A DNA stretch of 64,000 bases from an uncultured bacterium (lineage in GTDB: Bacteria; Armatimonadota; Abditibacteriia; Abditibacteriales; Abditibacteriaceae): contig CAWJLW010000006.1 of assembly GCA_963843795.1 (NCBI GenBank), forward strand, positions 2,356,001-2,420,000, read 5' to 3'. Below are positions 49,469-58,519 of the stretch, in pieces. The translations under genes and the position numbers were made by a program. The stretch's first letter is position 1, and every line of letters begins with the position of its first letter. The notes under the pieces are model-generated. The model saw only the letters and a program-made list of their open reading frames with translations, made no database searches and was not told the origin of the DNA.

Positions 49469-50833
49469 ATGAATCGAGAACTCAATCGCCGCAAATTTTT
49501 GCGGGGCATCGGAACCGCCATGGCGTTGCCATTATTAGACAGCGCGCTGCCCGTTTCGGGCGTCGCACGCGCTGCGGTAGGCGCAATTAGTAAAGCCAGC
49601 GAAATCGCGCGTCCTAACCGGATGCTTTTCGTTTTTGTGCCCAATGGAATGCATATGCCCGATTGGACACCCGCTACTACCGGTGCGAATTTCGAGTTGC
49701 CGCCGACGTTGCAGGCCTTGAAAAACTTGCGCAGCGATTTCTCGGTTCTGACCGGCTTAGCGCAGAATAACGCGCGCGCTTTAGGCGATGGCGGCGGCGA
49801 TCATGCGCGTTCCTGCGCGACATGGCTCACCGGAATTCATCCGCATAAAACTGATGGCGCCGATATCAAAGCGGGTATTTCGGTTGATCAGCTGGCAGCG
49901 CAGCACTTGGGTGAGAAAACACGCTTTCCTTCTTTAGAAATCGGCATTGAACGTGGCGCGCAGGCCGGAAACTGCGATTCAGGCTATTCGTGCGCCTATT
50001 CATCGAGCGTTTCATGGCGCGGAGAAAGCACACCGGTTGCTAAAGAAATCAATCCGCGCGCGGTTTTCGAGCGTTTGTTCGGCAACGGCGACGATGTAGA
50101 AGCCGCGCAAAGCCGGTTTTACCGCGAGCGCTATCGCAAAAGCATTCTCGATTTCGTGCTCGAAGATGCTAAAACATTGAAAAAGCAGTTGGGTGGCCAT
50201 GACCAGCGCAAATTGGACGAATATATGTCGGGCGTGCGCGAAATCGAGCGCCGGGTATCGAGCTTTGAAACCGCAGCCAACCTTGACGTTGACATGAAAT
50301 TGCAGCCGAACGGCGTGCCCAAAGATGTCGGCGAGCACATTCGCTTGATGAGCGACATGCTGATTCTGGCGTTTCAAGCCGACATCACGCGCATTTCAAC
50401 CTTCATGTATGCTAACGACGGCAGTAACCGTTCGTATCGTAATATCGGCATTTCCGATGGCCACCACGAAGTTTCGCATCACCAAAACGATCCCACCAAG
50501 CAAGACAAAATCAAGCAAATCAATCGTTTTCACGTCGAGCAATTAGCGTATATGTTGGAGAAAATGAAGTCGATTGACGAAAACGGCCATTCGATGCTCG
50601 ACAATTCGATGATCGTTTACGGTGCGGGCATTTCGGATGGCGACCGCCACAACCACAACGATTTGCCGATTCTACTCGCTGGCGGTGGCGCAGGCACTTT
50701 GAAGCAAGGCCAACATTTGAAATTTGAAAACGACACGCCGATGTCGAATTTGTTCGTCACCATGCTGGACAAAATGAAAATTCCCGTCGATAAGTTCGGT
50801 GATAGCAACGGCAATTTGAAAGCTTTGCTGTAA
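49469..50833 (+). CDS. DUF1552 (HXXSHH) protein with a Tat-like signal
   Basis: NRRKFLRG..ALP.LD, CDSGYSCAY and HHEVSHH; typical partner of DUF1592. Confidence 0.9.
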   Translation: MNRELNRRKFLRGIGTAMALPLLDSALPVSGVARAAVGAISKASEIARPNRMLFVFVPNGMHMPDWTPATTGANFELPPTLQALKNLRSDFSVLTGLAQNNARALGDGGGDHARSCATWLTGIHPHKTDGADIKAGISVDQLAAQHLGEKTRFPSLEIGIERGAQAGNCDSGYSCAYSSSVSWRGESTPVAKEINPRAVFERLFGNGDDVEAAQSRFYRERYRKSILDFVLEDAKTLKKQLGGHDQRKLDEYMSGVREIERRVSSFETAANLDVDMKLQPNGVPKDVGEHIRLMSDMLILAFQADITRISTFMYANDGSNRSYRNIGISDGHHEVSHHQNDPTKQDKIKQINRFHVEQLAYMLEKMKSIDENGHSMLDNSMIVYGAGISDGDRHNHNDLPILLAGGGAGTLKQGQHLKFENDTPMSNLFVTMLDKMKIPVDKFGDSNGNLKALL

Positions 50834-50852
50834 CGAACTGATATGGAATACT

Positions 50853-50885
50853 AAAAAGCGAACGTGAAAATCACGTTCGCTTTTT
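50853..50885. terminator. Bidirectional intrinsic terminator
   Basis: AAAAAGCGAACGTGA-AAA-TCACGTTCGCTTTTT. Confidence 0.75.
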
Positions 50886-50925
50886 GGCTTTTGGAATCAA
50901 CGATTTTGGTTCTTCATATTTCTGA

Positions 50926-50981
50926 TTTCCACCCAAAACGCCGCTCTGCAAGTACTTGCAGAGCGGCGTTTTGGGTGGAAA
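50926..50981. repeat. Perfect 56-bp palindrome centred on the repeat (longest in the window)
   Basis: TTTCCACCCAAAACGCCGCTCTGCAAGT|ACTTGCAGAGCGGCGTTTTGGGTGGAAA. Confidence 0.92.
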
Positions 50982-50990
50982 CGAACAACT

Positions 50991-51521
50991 TTATTTTGCG
51001 GGAGCTTCGGCAGCCGGAGCTTCGGCTGCCGGAGCTTCTTCAGCAGGCGCTTTAACTGCCGGCGCGGGTGCGCCTTTTTCGATCCACAAACGCACGGATT
51101 CGATTTCTGCAGCGCTGGGACGAATTTCCGATTTTTTGGGCGGCATCGGATTGTCTTTGTCGATCATCAGCAAATACAGTTCAGATTCGTCGGGTTTTCC
51201 AGGCACAACTTTTTCCTGCTTGGTAACCAATTTTTCATACGATTCGCGGTCGGTAGCGGCCACGCGATTCAAACGCTTGCCCGCGCCGTGACAACTGCTG
51301 CAATTCTTTTCCAGAACTTTGTAAGCAGCATCAGACAATTCGGCGGGCGTCAGTTCGGCTTTTTTGGCATCTTCGGCAGGCGCGGCATCTTGCGCGTGCG
51401 CGGGCTGAATCGCCACATAGCGTAATGGCGTAGCTTGCGAATTGAAGCCAATGAACGACAGCGGCGCGACAGTGAGAAGGCCGATGGCGGCCAGTGCGGA
51501 GGGTTTCAAAAATTTATTCAT
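50991..51521 (-). CDS. Secreted planctomycete-type cytochrome c domain protein
   Basis: Signal peptide; CSSCHG, VVPGKPDESEL, MPP and WIEKGA motifs. Confidence 0.85.
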   Translation of the reverse strand: MNKFLKPSALAAIGLLTVAPLSFIGFNSQATPLRYVAIQPAHAQDAAPAEDAKKAELTPAELSDAAYKVLEKNCSSCHGAGKRLNRVAATDRESYEKLVTKQEKVVPGKPDESELYLLMIDKDNPMPPKKSEIRPSAAEIESVRLWIEKGAPAPAVKAPAEEAPAAEAPAAEAPAK

Positions 51522-51734
51522 AGCATTTCGGATGGCACGTTTTGAACATTAAATTATGATTCAAACGCGCTTTTCAGTTGTCTCCCGTGTGAATTCAAGA
51601 TTCAGCGTTTTTAGAAGCTACCAGCAGATTTTGGTTGCGCAAGCGTGGCAAGTACTTGCGAGCTTTGCCAGACGTGTTCCACCATAAAAGTTCTTTAATT
51701 TCTTTTTCGATTGGACGTTTTAATTAATTTTTTA

Positions 51735-52328
51735 TCAGAGGTCTTTCTCCATTTCCCAGCGCGTCACTTCATAACCAGACCGCTCGTATAAACGCACGGC
51801 ATCTTGATTGGAAGATGTTACAGTGAGGCGCACACGACGAATGCGACGGTTGCGAAAAAACGCGTCGGCTTGTAGCATCAGTTCGCACGCCAAACCCTGA
51901 CCTCGCAAGTGTGGACTGACGAAAATGTTGTTGATGTAACCATAGCGCTCGCTCGTCCAGGTGTTTTCACAAACTACCAGCCACAAAAACCCCACCGGCG
52001 CGCCATTATCCAAAACGAACATTTCGTGAGCGGTGTCCAGAGAAGCGCGGCGCAAATCGTGACGAAATGCTTGATCGAATTCCGGCGTGAAGTCGAAATC
52101 GGGAAAATTGACGCGATAAGTTTCCTGCTGAAAAGCGCAAATCGCGTCGGCATCGTGCGCAAAATCGAACGAACGCAGCGCGATGCGCGCCCCAGTTCCC
52201 AACCATTTAATCGCCGGACGCGGCAGGGCGTGTGCACGCGAAACACCTTCTAAAACGGAGGTATCGGCCTTATTGGAAACAGTTTTCATTCGATGACGCC
52301 AAAACGCCAGAGGTCGCAGCGCACTCAT
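51735..52328 (-). CDS. GNAT acetyltransferase
   Basis: VSPHLRGQGLA and NQDAVRLYERSGY motifs. The start may instead be 52289. Confidence 0.85.
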   Translation of the reverse strand: MSALRPLAFWRHRMKTVSNKADTSVLEGVSRAHALPRPAIKWLGTGARIALRSFDFAHDADAICAFQQETYRVNFPDFDFTPEFDQAFRHDLRRASLDTAHEMFVLDNGAPVGFLWLVVCENTWTSERYGYINNIFVSPHLRGQGLACELMLQADAFFRNRRIRRVRLTVTSSNQDAVRLYERSGYEVTRWEMEKDL

Positions 52329-52589
52329 TGAACTTATTTTATCGCGTCCAGACCCATCTGTGTGTCAAGTTCATCAACTGTCAGCAATTTTTGTTGATAC
52401 AGCTTCTGCTTTGGGCACACCCTGACCAGATAAATTTTCGCTCGCTTAAAACAAAGAGCGCGCGTGGCAAGTACTTGCCAGGCTTTTTTGGATATTTTGG
52501 ATAATGGCTGCCGTTTTACGATGTGGCGGCATAAAATATGCAGAGGCTGAGTTATCACAGATATTTAGTAGTTACACAAGGAGATTAAA

Positions 52590-53024
52590 ATGGCTGACGA
52601 TATTCGCGATGACGGAATCCAACACGGAATTGATGACAATCCGCATGATGATGGCAAGAAAGGTTTGGAACTGGGCGGCCTGGGTGGCGGCACAGTCGGC
52701 GCCATTGCAGGCGCAGCAGCCGGTCCCGTAGGTGCGGTCGTGGGCGCTTTAGTCGGCGGAACTGTCGGCTCCATCGCTTCGGGCGCTGCTGTCGATGCCG
52801 TTGATTCGGTTGATAACGACAATACAATTACGGGCATTGGTTCGGGCGCAACTGCTGATGTCAACGATACCACGCACGTTAACACGCCGGGCAACGATGT
52901 TCCGGGTGTGCAAACGGGTGGCACCACCACTGCGGGAGCCGATACGCGTGGCGTTACCGAGAAAGCTGCCGATGCCATCACCGGCGACAACATCGATGAC
53001 AAAACCGGTGGCCGCACGTATTAA
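52590..53024 (+). CDS. Small acidic glycine-zipper protein
   Basis: AAGGAG RBS; GGLGGGTVGAIAGAAAGPVGAVVGALVGG. Confidence 0.75.
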   Translation: MADDIRDDGIQHGIDDNPHDDGKKGLELGGLGGGTVGAIAGAAAGPVGAVVGALVGGTVGSIASGAAVDAVDSVDNDNTITGIGSGATADVNDTTHVNTPGNDVPGVQTGGTTTAGADTRGVTEKAADAITGDNIDDKTGGRTY

Positions 53025-53072
53025 TTGCATCCGATTCGAGTTTCAATTAACGAGACGCGAATTCAACAAAAG

Positions 53073-53108
53073 AAAAGCGGAGCCAGAAATATTTCTGGCT
53101 CCGCTTTT
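53073..53108. terminator. Perfect 36-bp palindrome, probable bidirectional terminator
   Basis: AAAAGCGGAGCCAGAAAT|ATTTCTGGCTCCGCTTTT between convergent genes. Confidence 0.8.
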
Positions 53109-53143
53109 TCGTTGCTCCGAACGATTTATTTGCCGATTGAGAT

Positions 53144-53740
53144 TCAACCGCCGTGGGGCAGAGAGTTCTGATCTTCGCTTTCGCGTGCTGTCCATTCCTG
53201 ACGCGTAAAACGGTCGAGCAGGTCGTCCCAGTGGCCCTGTGCGCTTAAAATCAGTTCAACGACTTCACGCACTGCGCCTTGCCCACCCTTTCGCGTTGAA
53301 ACGTAGTTGGCATAGCTCAATAAGGCGGGTTCGGCATCGGCAACGGCAACGCGCACGGCGCACTGTGCGAACGCGGGCAAATCAGGCAAATCGTCGCCGA
53401 CGAAACAACATTGTTCCTTTGAAAATCCGTGTTGGTTTTGCAAATCGCGCAGCGCCTGAGCTTTATCGGCACAGGCCAGCAGGCAATGATGGCCGCCCAA
53501 TTCTTCAAATCGATGTTGCGCCACAGCCGAAGCGCGCCCTGAAATCCAGGCCACAATAATGCCAGCCCGCCGCGCTGCGACCAGACCAAAGCCATCGCGC
53601 ACATTGAAAGTTTGATATAGCTTGCCACTTTCATCGAAAGTCAAATCGCCATTGGTCAGCGTGCCGTCCACGTCCAAAGCCAAAAGTCGAATCTCGCGCC
53701 ATTGAAGCGAATCGGGCGTGAGTAAAGCTGATGTCGTCAT
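53144..53740 (-). CDS. kdsC: KDO-8-phosphate phosphatase (HAD family)
   Basis: LDVDGTLT, FNVRDG.G, VGDDLPD and GGQGAVRE motifs. Confidence 0.85.
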   Translation of the reverse strand: MTTSALLTPDSLQWREIRLLALDVDGTLTNGDLTFDESGKLYQTFNVRDGFGLVAARRAGIIVAWISGRASAVAQHRFEELGGHHCLLACADKAQALRDLQNQHGFSKEQCCFVGDDLPDLPAFAQCAVRVAVADAEPALLSYANYVSTRKGGQGAVREVVELILSAQGHWDDLLDRFTRQEWTARESEDQNSLPHGG

Positions 53741-53928
53741 GATTTTCCCTTAAATTTCTTTCAAACAGGTGCCTCATTTTACTCTGCTGCAAGGTCAGAA
53801 AGCGCTGCAAGTACTTGCAGCGCGTTTTTCCTCGTCCTCAGAATTAGGTATAAAGGAATACACCGTACTTGTGTTTTTTACGATTGGTGCGCGGAATTAT
53901 CAAAAATTTGGGATAAAAGGTTTTATTA

Positions 53929-56900
53929 ATGAAGGTTTCTCATCGAGTTGGGTTTTCATTGTTGCTGCTGGCACCGATTGGCGCGACCAGCACATTGCCA
54001 GTTGCAGCACAAACGGCCAGAACTGACGCTTTAGCAAAGGGCTTCACCGCGCCGCCCGACAGCGCCAAGCCGCATACATGGTGGCATTGGATGGACGGCA
54101 ACACGACGCGCGAAGGCATTACTGCCGATTTGGAAGCGATGAAACGCGCGGGCATCGGTGGTGCACAGATTTTCTCGGTTTCGCAAGATATTCCCAGCGG
54201 CCCAGTGCCATTTATGTCGCCACAGTATCGCGAAATGATTCGTTTCGCCGCGCAGGAAGCCAATCGGTTGGGCATCGAACTGTGTCTGCACAATTGCGCG
54301 GGCTGGTCGAGCAGCGGTGGGCCGTGGAACACGCCCGCAAACGCAATGCAATTTGTGACGACAAGCGAAAAAACTGTGACCGGCCCGACGCGCTTCGATG
54401 ATGATTTGGCGCAGCCGAATACGCGACTGAATTATTATCGCGATGTTGCCGTATTAGCGTTCCCCACGCCCGCGCAAAACGTGCGCATCGAAAATCTGGG
54501 CCCCAAAGCCTTATATGAACGCGGTGGTGAAATCGAGCCCTCGAACGCAAAGGGCGCGCCGCCCGAAGCGACGATTGCACCCGACAGAATCGTTAATCTC
54601 ACTGCAAAAATGCAAAACGGGCATTTGACGTGGGATGTGCCAGCAGGCAATTGGACGATTTTGCGTATCGGCCACACGCCAACCGGTGCAGTGAATGCGC
54701 CTGCGCCTGATGCGGGACGCGGGCCAGAAGTCGATAAATTATCGAAAACTGCCCTTGATGCGCACTTCAAGGGTATGATGCAGCCGCTTTTGGATGAAGT
54801 CGGGCCGCTCGCCGCTAAGACGATTAACAATTCGCTGATTGATTCTTACGAAGTCGGCAGCCAGAACTGGACGCCGTTGTTGCAGCAAGAATTCCAGAAG
54901 CGACGCGGCTACGACATGTTGCCGTATTTGCCAGCTTACACCGGTCGCATCGTCGGCAACAGCGCGCAAACCGAGCGTTTTTTGTGGGATTTACGGCGCA
55001 CCGTCGCCGAATTGATGGACGAAAATTATTTCGGCCATTTCGCAGAATTATGCCACGAACGTGGTTTGAAATTTTCAGTCGAGCCTTATGGTAATGGTCC
55101 GTTCGACGAACTCACAGCGGGCAAAATGGCCGACGTGCCGATGGGCGAATTCTGGATTGGCGGAGCCGCAGCCGAAACCTGCAAATTGGCTGCATCAGTC
55201 GCGCATGTTTACGGTCGGCAACTGGTTGGTGCCGAATCGTTCACTGCCGGGCCGGATGAAGGTCGCTGGCAAAACGATCCGTATTCAATCAAAGCGCAGG
55301 GCGACGCGATTTTCTGCAAGGGCATCAATCGTTACATTTTCCATCGCTACGCCATGCAGCCGTGGCTGAACCGTTATCCGGGCATGACAATGGGCCAATG
55401 GGGCATCAATTTCGAGCGCACCAACACGATCTGGGAACCGCAACAAACTTGGCTGCAATACGTCGCGCGCTGCCAATTTTTGCTACAACAAGGCCGCTTT
55501 GTGGCTGATGCGTTATATTTCAGCGGCGAAAATTCGCCCACTAGCCAGCGCAACGCCGGACAAGGTTTGCCCGCGGGCTACGATTACGACAGTTGCAGTT
55601 TCGACGCGTTAATGAATCGAATCAGCGTGCGCGATGGACGTTTGGTAACGCCCGCTGGAATGAGCTATCGCGTCTTGATTTTGCCGCCTGGCGAAACTAT
55701 GACGCCGCAACTGGCGACCAAACTGCGCGACTTGGTTCGCGCTGGTGCGACGGTTATCGGTTCGCGCCCGACGCGTTCGCCGAGTCTGCAAAACTTTCCG
55801 GTTGCCGACCGGCAAGTGCAGCAAATCGCGCAGGAAATCTGGGGTGATAGCGATGGCAAAACCGTGACTGCGCATCGTTTGGGTAAAGGTCAGGTTTTCT
55901 GGGGACAAAGCGTCGCGCAAGTACTTGCAGCGCTCAAAGTTGCGCCCGACTTCAGCTACGATAGCAGCAAAGCGCGTCTAATGCAGATTCATCGCACGTC
56001 CAATGGCAGCGAAATTTATTTCGTTTCTAATCAGCAAAAGAAAACCATCGAAATCGAGTGCTCGTTTCGCGCGACCGGCGTTCCTCAACTGTGGCACGCC
56101 GACACGGGACGTATGGAAAGCGCACCGATTTATCGTGTCGAAAACGGGCGCACAATTGTCACGTTGCGTTTCGATCCGGTGGGTTCGGTTTTCGTAATCT
56201 TTCGTCCTGGCAAGGCACCAAACCATTTGGTCGCGACACGCTTCGTCGGCACGACAGCCGTAGCGAAGAAGCTGCCAAAGTTGACGATTCTCAGCGCGCG
56301 CTATGAAGCTATTGATGGCGCGGGCGGTGCGGATGTGACCGATAAAGTGGCCGCCCAGGTTGCTAACGATTCGCTGAGCATCGTCGCTAATAACCAACTT
56401 TTTGGCGATCCGGCAGATTTGCATGTCAAGCATTTGGTCGTCGAATATATGCTGGGCGATGAGAAGAAAAGCGTCACAGTCGGCGAAAATTCTAACTTAG
56501 ACTTAGGTAGCGAAAGCGGCAATACGGCTTATCCTCCGTTCTCATGGAGTTCGGATACGCGTGGCAATACGCAGGTCACAGCGTGGCAAGGTGGCTTCTT
56601 GAACTGGCAAAACTCGCGCGGGCAAAATCGCCGAACGACGCTGCCAGCGAATGCCGACGCGCAGGAAATTTCTGGCGCGTGGCAGTTGAATTTTCCGCCT
56701 AATTGGGGCGCGCCCGCGCAGGTTGCTCTGGACAAATTGATTTCGTGGACGGAACATCCCGAATCGGGCGTGCGCTATTTTTCAGGTACCGCAACTTATC
56801 GCAAAACTTTCGATTTGCCAGCCAGCCAATTCGGCAAAAATTCGGTCATTTCGCTAGATTTAGGTCAAGTGAAAAATTTAGCGCGCGTGCGTTTGAACGG

Positions 56901-57222
56901 CAATGATTTGGGCGTGCTGTGGAAAGCTCCCTTCCGCGTCGATATTTCCGATGCGGCGCGCGTGGGTGCCAATAATCTGGAAATCGAAATCACCAATATG
57001 TGGCCCAACCGCTTGATTGGAGACGAGCAGTTGCCACCTGACCGCGAGTGGGAAGGCAAACACTTAAAAGAGTGGCCGCAGTGGGTTTTAGATGGCAAGC
57101 CCAGCCCGACGGGTCGTTATACATTTACGACGTGGCATCACTGGACAAAAGATTCGCCACTGCTCGAATCGGGATTACTCGGCCCGGTTACGCTGCATTT
57201 CGGACGCAAAGTTCCTCTGTAA
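53929..57222 (+). CDS. Secreted GH106 alpha-L-rhamnosidase-like glycosidase
   Basis: PHTWWHWMDGN, GWSSSGGPW, IDSYE and GAESFT motifs; C-terminal NMWPNRLIGD...SGLLGPV. Confidence 0.88.
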   Translation: MKVSHRVGFSLLLLAPIGATSTLPVAAQTARTDALAKGFTAPPDSAKPHTWWHWMDGNTTREGITADLEAMKRAGIGGAQIFSVSQDIPSGPVPFMSPQYREMIRFAAQEANRLGIELCLHNCAGWSSSGGPWNTPANAMQFVTTSEKTVTGPTRFDDDLAQPNTRLNYYRDVAVLAFPTPAQNVRIENLGPKALYERGGEIEPSNAKGAPPEATIAPDRIVNLTAKMQNGHLTWDVPAGNWTILRIGHTPTGAVNAPAPDAGRGPEVDKLSKTALDAHFKGMMQPLLDEVGPLAAKTINNSLIDSYEVGSQNWTPLLQQEFQKRRGYDMLPYLPAYTGRIVGNSAQTERFLWDLRRTVAELMDENYFGHFAELCHERGLKFSVEPYGNGPFDELTAGKMADVPMGEFWIGGAAAETCKLAASVAHVYGRQLVGAESFTAGPDEGRWQNDPYSIKAQGDAIFCKGINRYIFHRYAMQPWLNRYPGMTMGQWGINFERTNTIWEPQQTWLQYVARCQFLLQQGRFVADALYFSGENSPTSQRNAGQGLPAGYDYDSCSFDALMNRISVRDGRLVTPAGMSYRVLILPPGETMTPQLATKLRDLVRAGATVIGSRPTRSPSLQNFPVADRQVQQIAQEIWGDSDGKTVTAHRLGKGQVFWGQSVAQVLAALKVAPDFSYDSSKARLMQIHRTSNGSEIYFVSNQQKKTIEIECSFRATGVPQLWHADTGRMESAPIYRVENGRTIVTLRFDPVGSVFVIFRPGKAPNHLVATRFVGTTAVAKKLPKLTILSARYEAIDGAGGADVTDKVAAQVANDSLSIVANNQLFGDPADLHVKHLVVEYMLGDEKKSVTVGENSNLDLGSESGNTAYPPFSWSSDTRGNTQVTAWQGGFLNWQNSRGQNRRTTLPANADAQEISGAWQLNFPPNWGAPAQVALDKLISWTEHPESGVRYFSGTATYRKTFDLPASQFGKNSVISLDLGQVKNLARVRLNGNDLGVLWKAPFRVDISDAARVGANNLEIEITNMWPNRLIGDEQLPPDREWEGKHLKEWPQWVLDGKPSPTGRYTFTTWHHWTKDSPLLESGLLGPVTLHFGRKVPL

Positions 57223-57351
57223 AATCAGAGAATGAAGAGGCGCTCTGCAAGTACTTGCAGAGCGCCTTTTTCGTGTCGGGAGTTGAATCGATTGGCGTAT
57301 TTATCCGCAAGTACTTGCAGCGACACAACGCGCGGGCCTAACTGTAGCGCT

Positions 57352-57936
57352 ATGAATTGGCTTTATTTTGATGTTGAAACCTTGCGCTCTGCCGAAGAAG
57401 TCGGTGGCTGGCGCAATATTGAAGCGATGGGCATCGCTTGTACCGTAACTTACAGTTCGCGCGACAAACAATTTCGGGTTTATCGCGAGCACGAATGCGA
57501 GGCTTTGAGCGTGGCAATGCAACAATGCGACGCGCTGTGCGGCTTCAACTCGCGTCGTTTCGACCTGCGCGTTTTACAGCCGCACATCGATTGCGATTTA
57601 TCAGCGCTGCCGCACTTGGACTTGATGCTCGACCTCAAAAGTGCGCTCGGTTTTGCGCCCTCGCTGAACGCGTGTTGCCGCGCAACTTTAGATGCGGGCA
57701 AAACCAGTAACGGTTTGGAATCTTTGCAATGGTGGCGCGAAGGCCGTGAAGATGAAGTGATCGCTTATTGCCGCGAAGATGTGAAATTGACGCGCCGATT
57801 GCACGAGTTCGGTGCCAAAAATGGCTCCATCGCGCTGGAGACTCGTGGGCGCGGCGCGCGCAATGCCGTACGCCACGTCGAAGTCGATTGGAGCTTAGAC
57901 GCTCTGCATCGCACCATTCAAGGCTCGTTATTTTGA
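57352..57936 (+). CDS. RNase H-like DEDD nuclease domain protein (RNase_H_2/YprB-like)
   Basis: YFDVET, GFN..RFD and YCREDV motifs; start moved to MNWLY. Confidence 0.8.
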   Translation: MNWLYFDVETLRSAEEVGGWRNIEAMGIACTVTYSSRDKQFRVYREHECEALSVAMQQCDALCGFNSRRFDLRVLQPHIDCDLSALPHLDLMLDLKSALGFAPSLNACCRATLDAGKTSNGLESLQWWREGREDEVIAYCREDVKLTRRLHEFGAKNGSIALETRGRGARNAVRHVEVDWSLDALHRTIQGSLF

Positions 57937-57952
57937 AAAGTATTTGTGGGCT

Positions 57953-58519
57953 TCATAAGTTTTTGGGTTGCCCGGCAAGTACTTGCAGACGTGAAATACG
58001 CCACACGAGCGCGATTAACACCAAGAGGCCTAGATACAATCCGACAGCGGCGACACTGCTATAGCGGGCGTGCGCGGCATCGAAGACAGCTTTGGACGCC
58101 GGATCGCCGAGCTTGGTTTGCAAACCTTGAATCTGTGGCATCAGCACTTGATTGAGATAAAGCGCAATTCCAAGCATCGCCAGCGAAGACGCGCCCTGAA
58201 TCCACCACCAAATCCTATCGACTCGGTCGCTTACCGCTCCGTTAATTTGCTCTACAAGCCAACCCAGCAAAAGCAGCACGCTACACGCGTAAGTGACGTA
58301 GCCAAAGCGCGAAAGCATTAACGCGACCATCTGCGGTGCGAGTTCGCCCTGCCCTGCCGCGCGCGCGATTTTGAACATTGCGGGCGCGGCCAGCGCGCCG
58401 AAAAATCCCAAACCGCCAATCCATAGCGCTAGCGCTAAAAGCACGAAAACACGCGCGATGGTTAGCAAAATCAAAGGTGTTTGACGAGTTTTAGGTCGGG
58501 GGATTTGAACAGTTGACAT
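57953..58519 (-). CDS. DUF4149/TMEM205-like membrane protein
   Basis: WIGG..FF..AAP..F; four TM helices; FDAAH..YS. Confidence 0.8.
   Translation of the reverse strand: MSTVQIPRPKTRQTPLILLTIARVFVLLALALWIGGLGFFGALAAPAMFKIARAAGQGELAPQMVALMLSRFGYVTYACSVLLLLGWLVEQINGAVSDRVDRIWWWIQGASSLAMLGIALYLNQVLMPQIQGLQTKLGDPASKAVFDAAHARYSSVAAVGLYLGLLVLIALVWRISRLQVLAGQPKNL

Noticed and set aside
51000..51040. 15-bp imperfect repeats GGAGCTTCGGCAGCC
   Set aside because: They simply encode the low-complexity AEAPA tail of the cytochrome c protein.
52334..52558. 74-aa minus-strand ORF upstream of the GNAT gene
   Set aside because: No recognisable motif or RBS, and it spans a palindrome copy.
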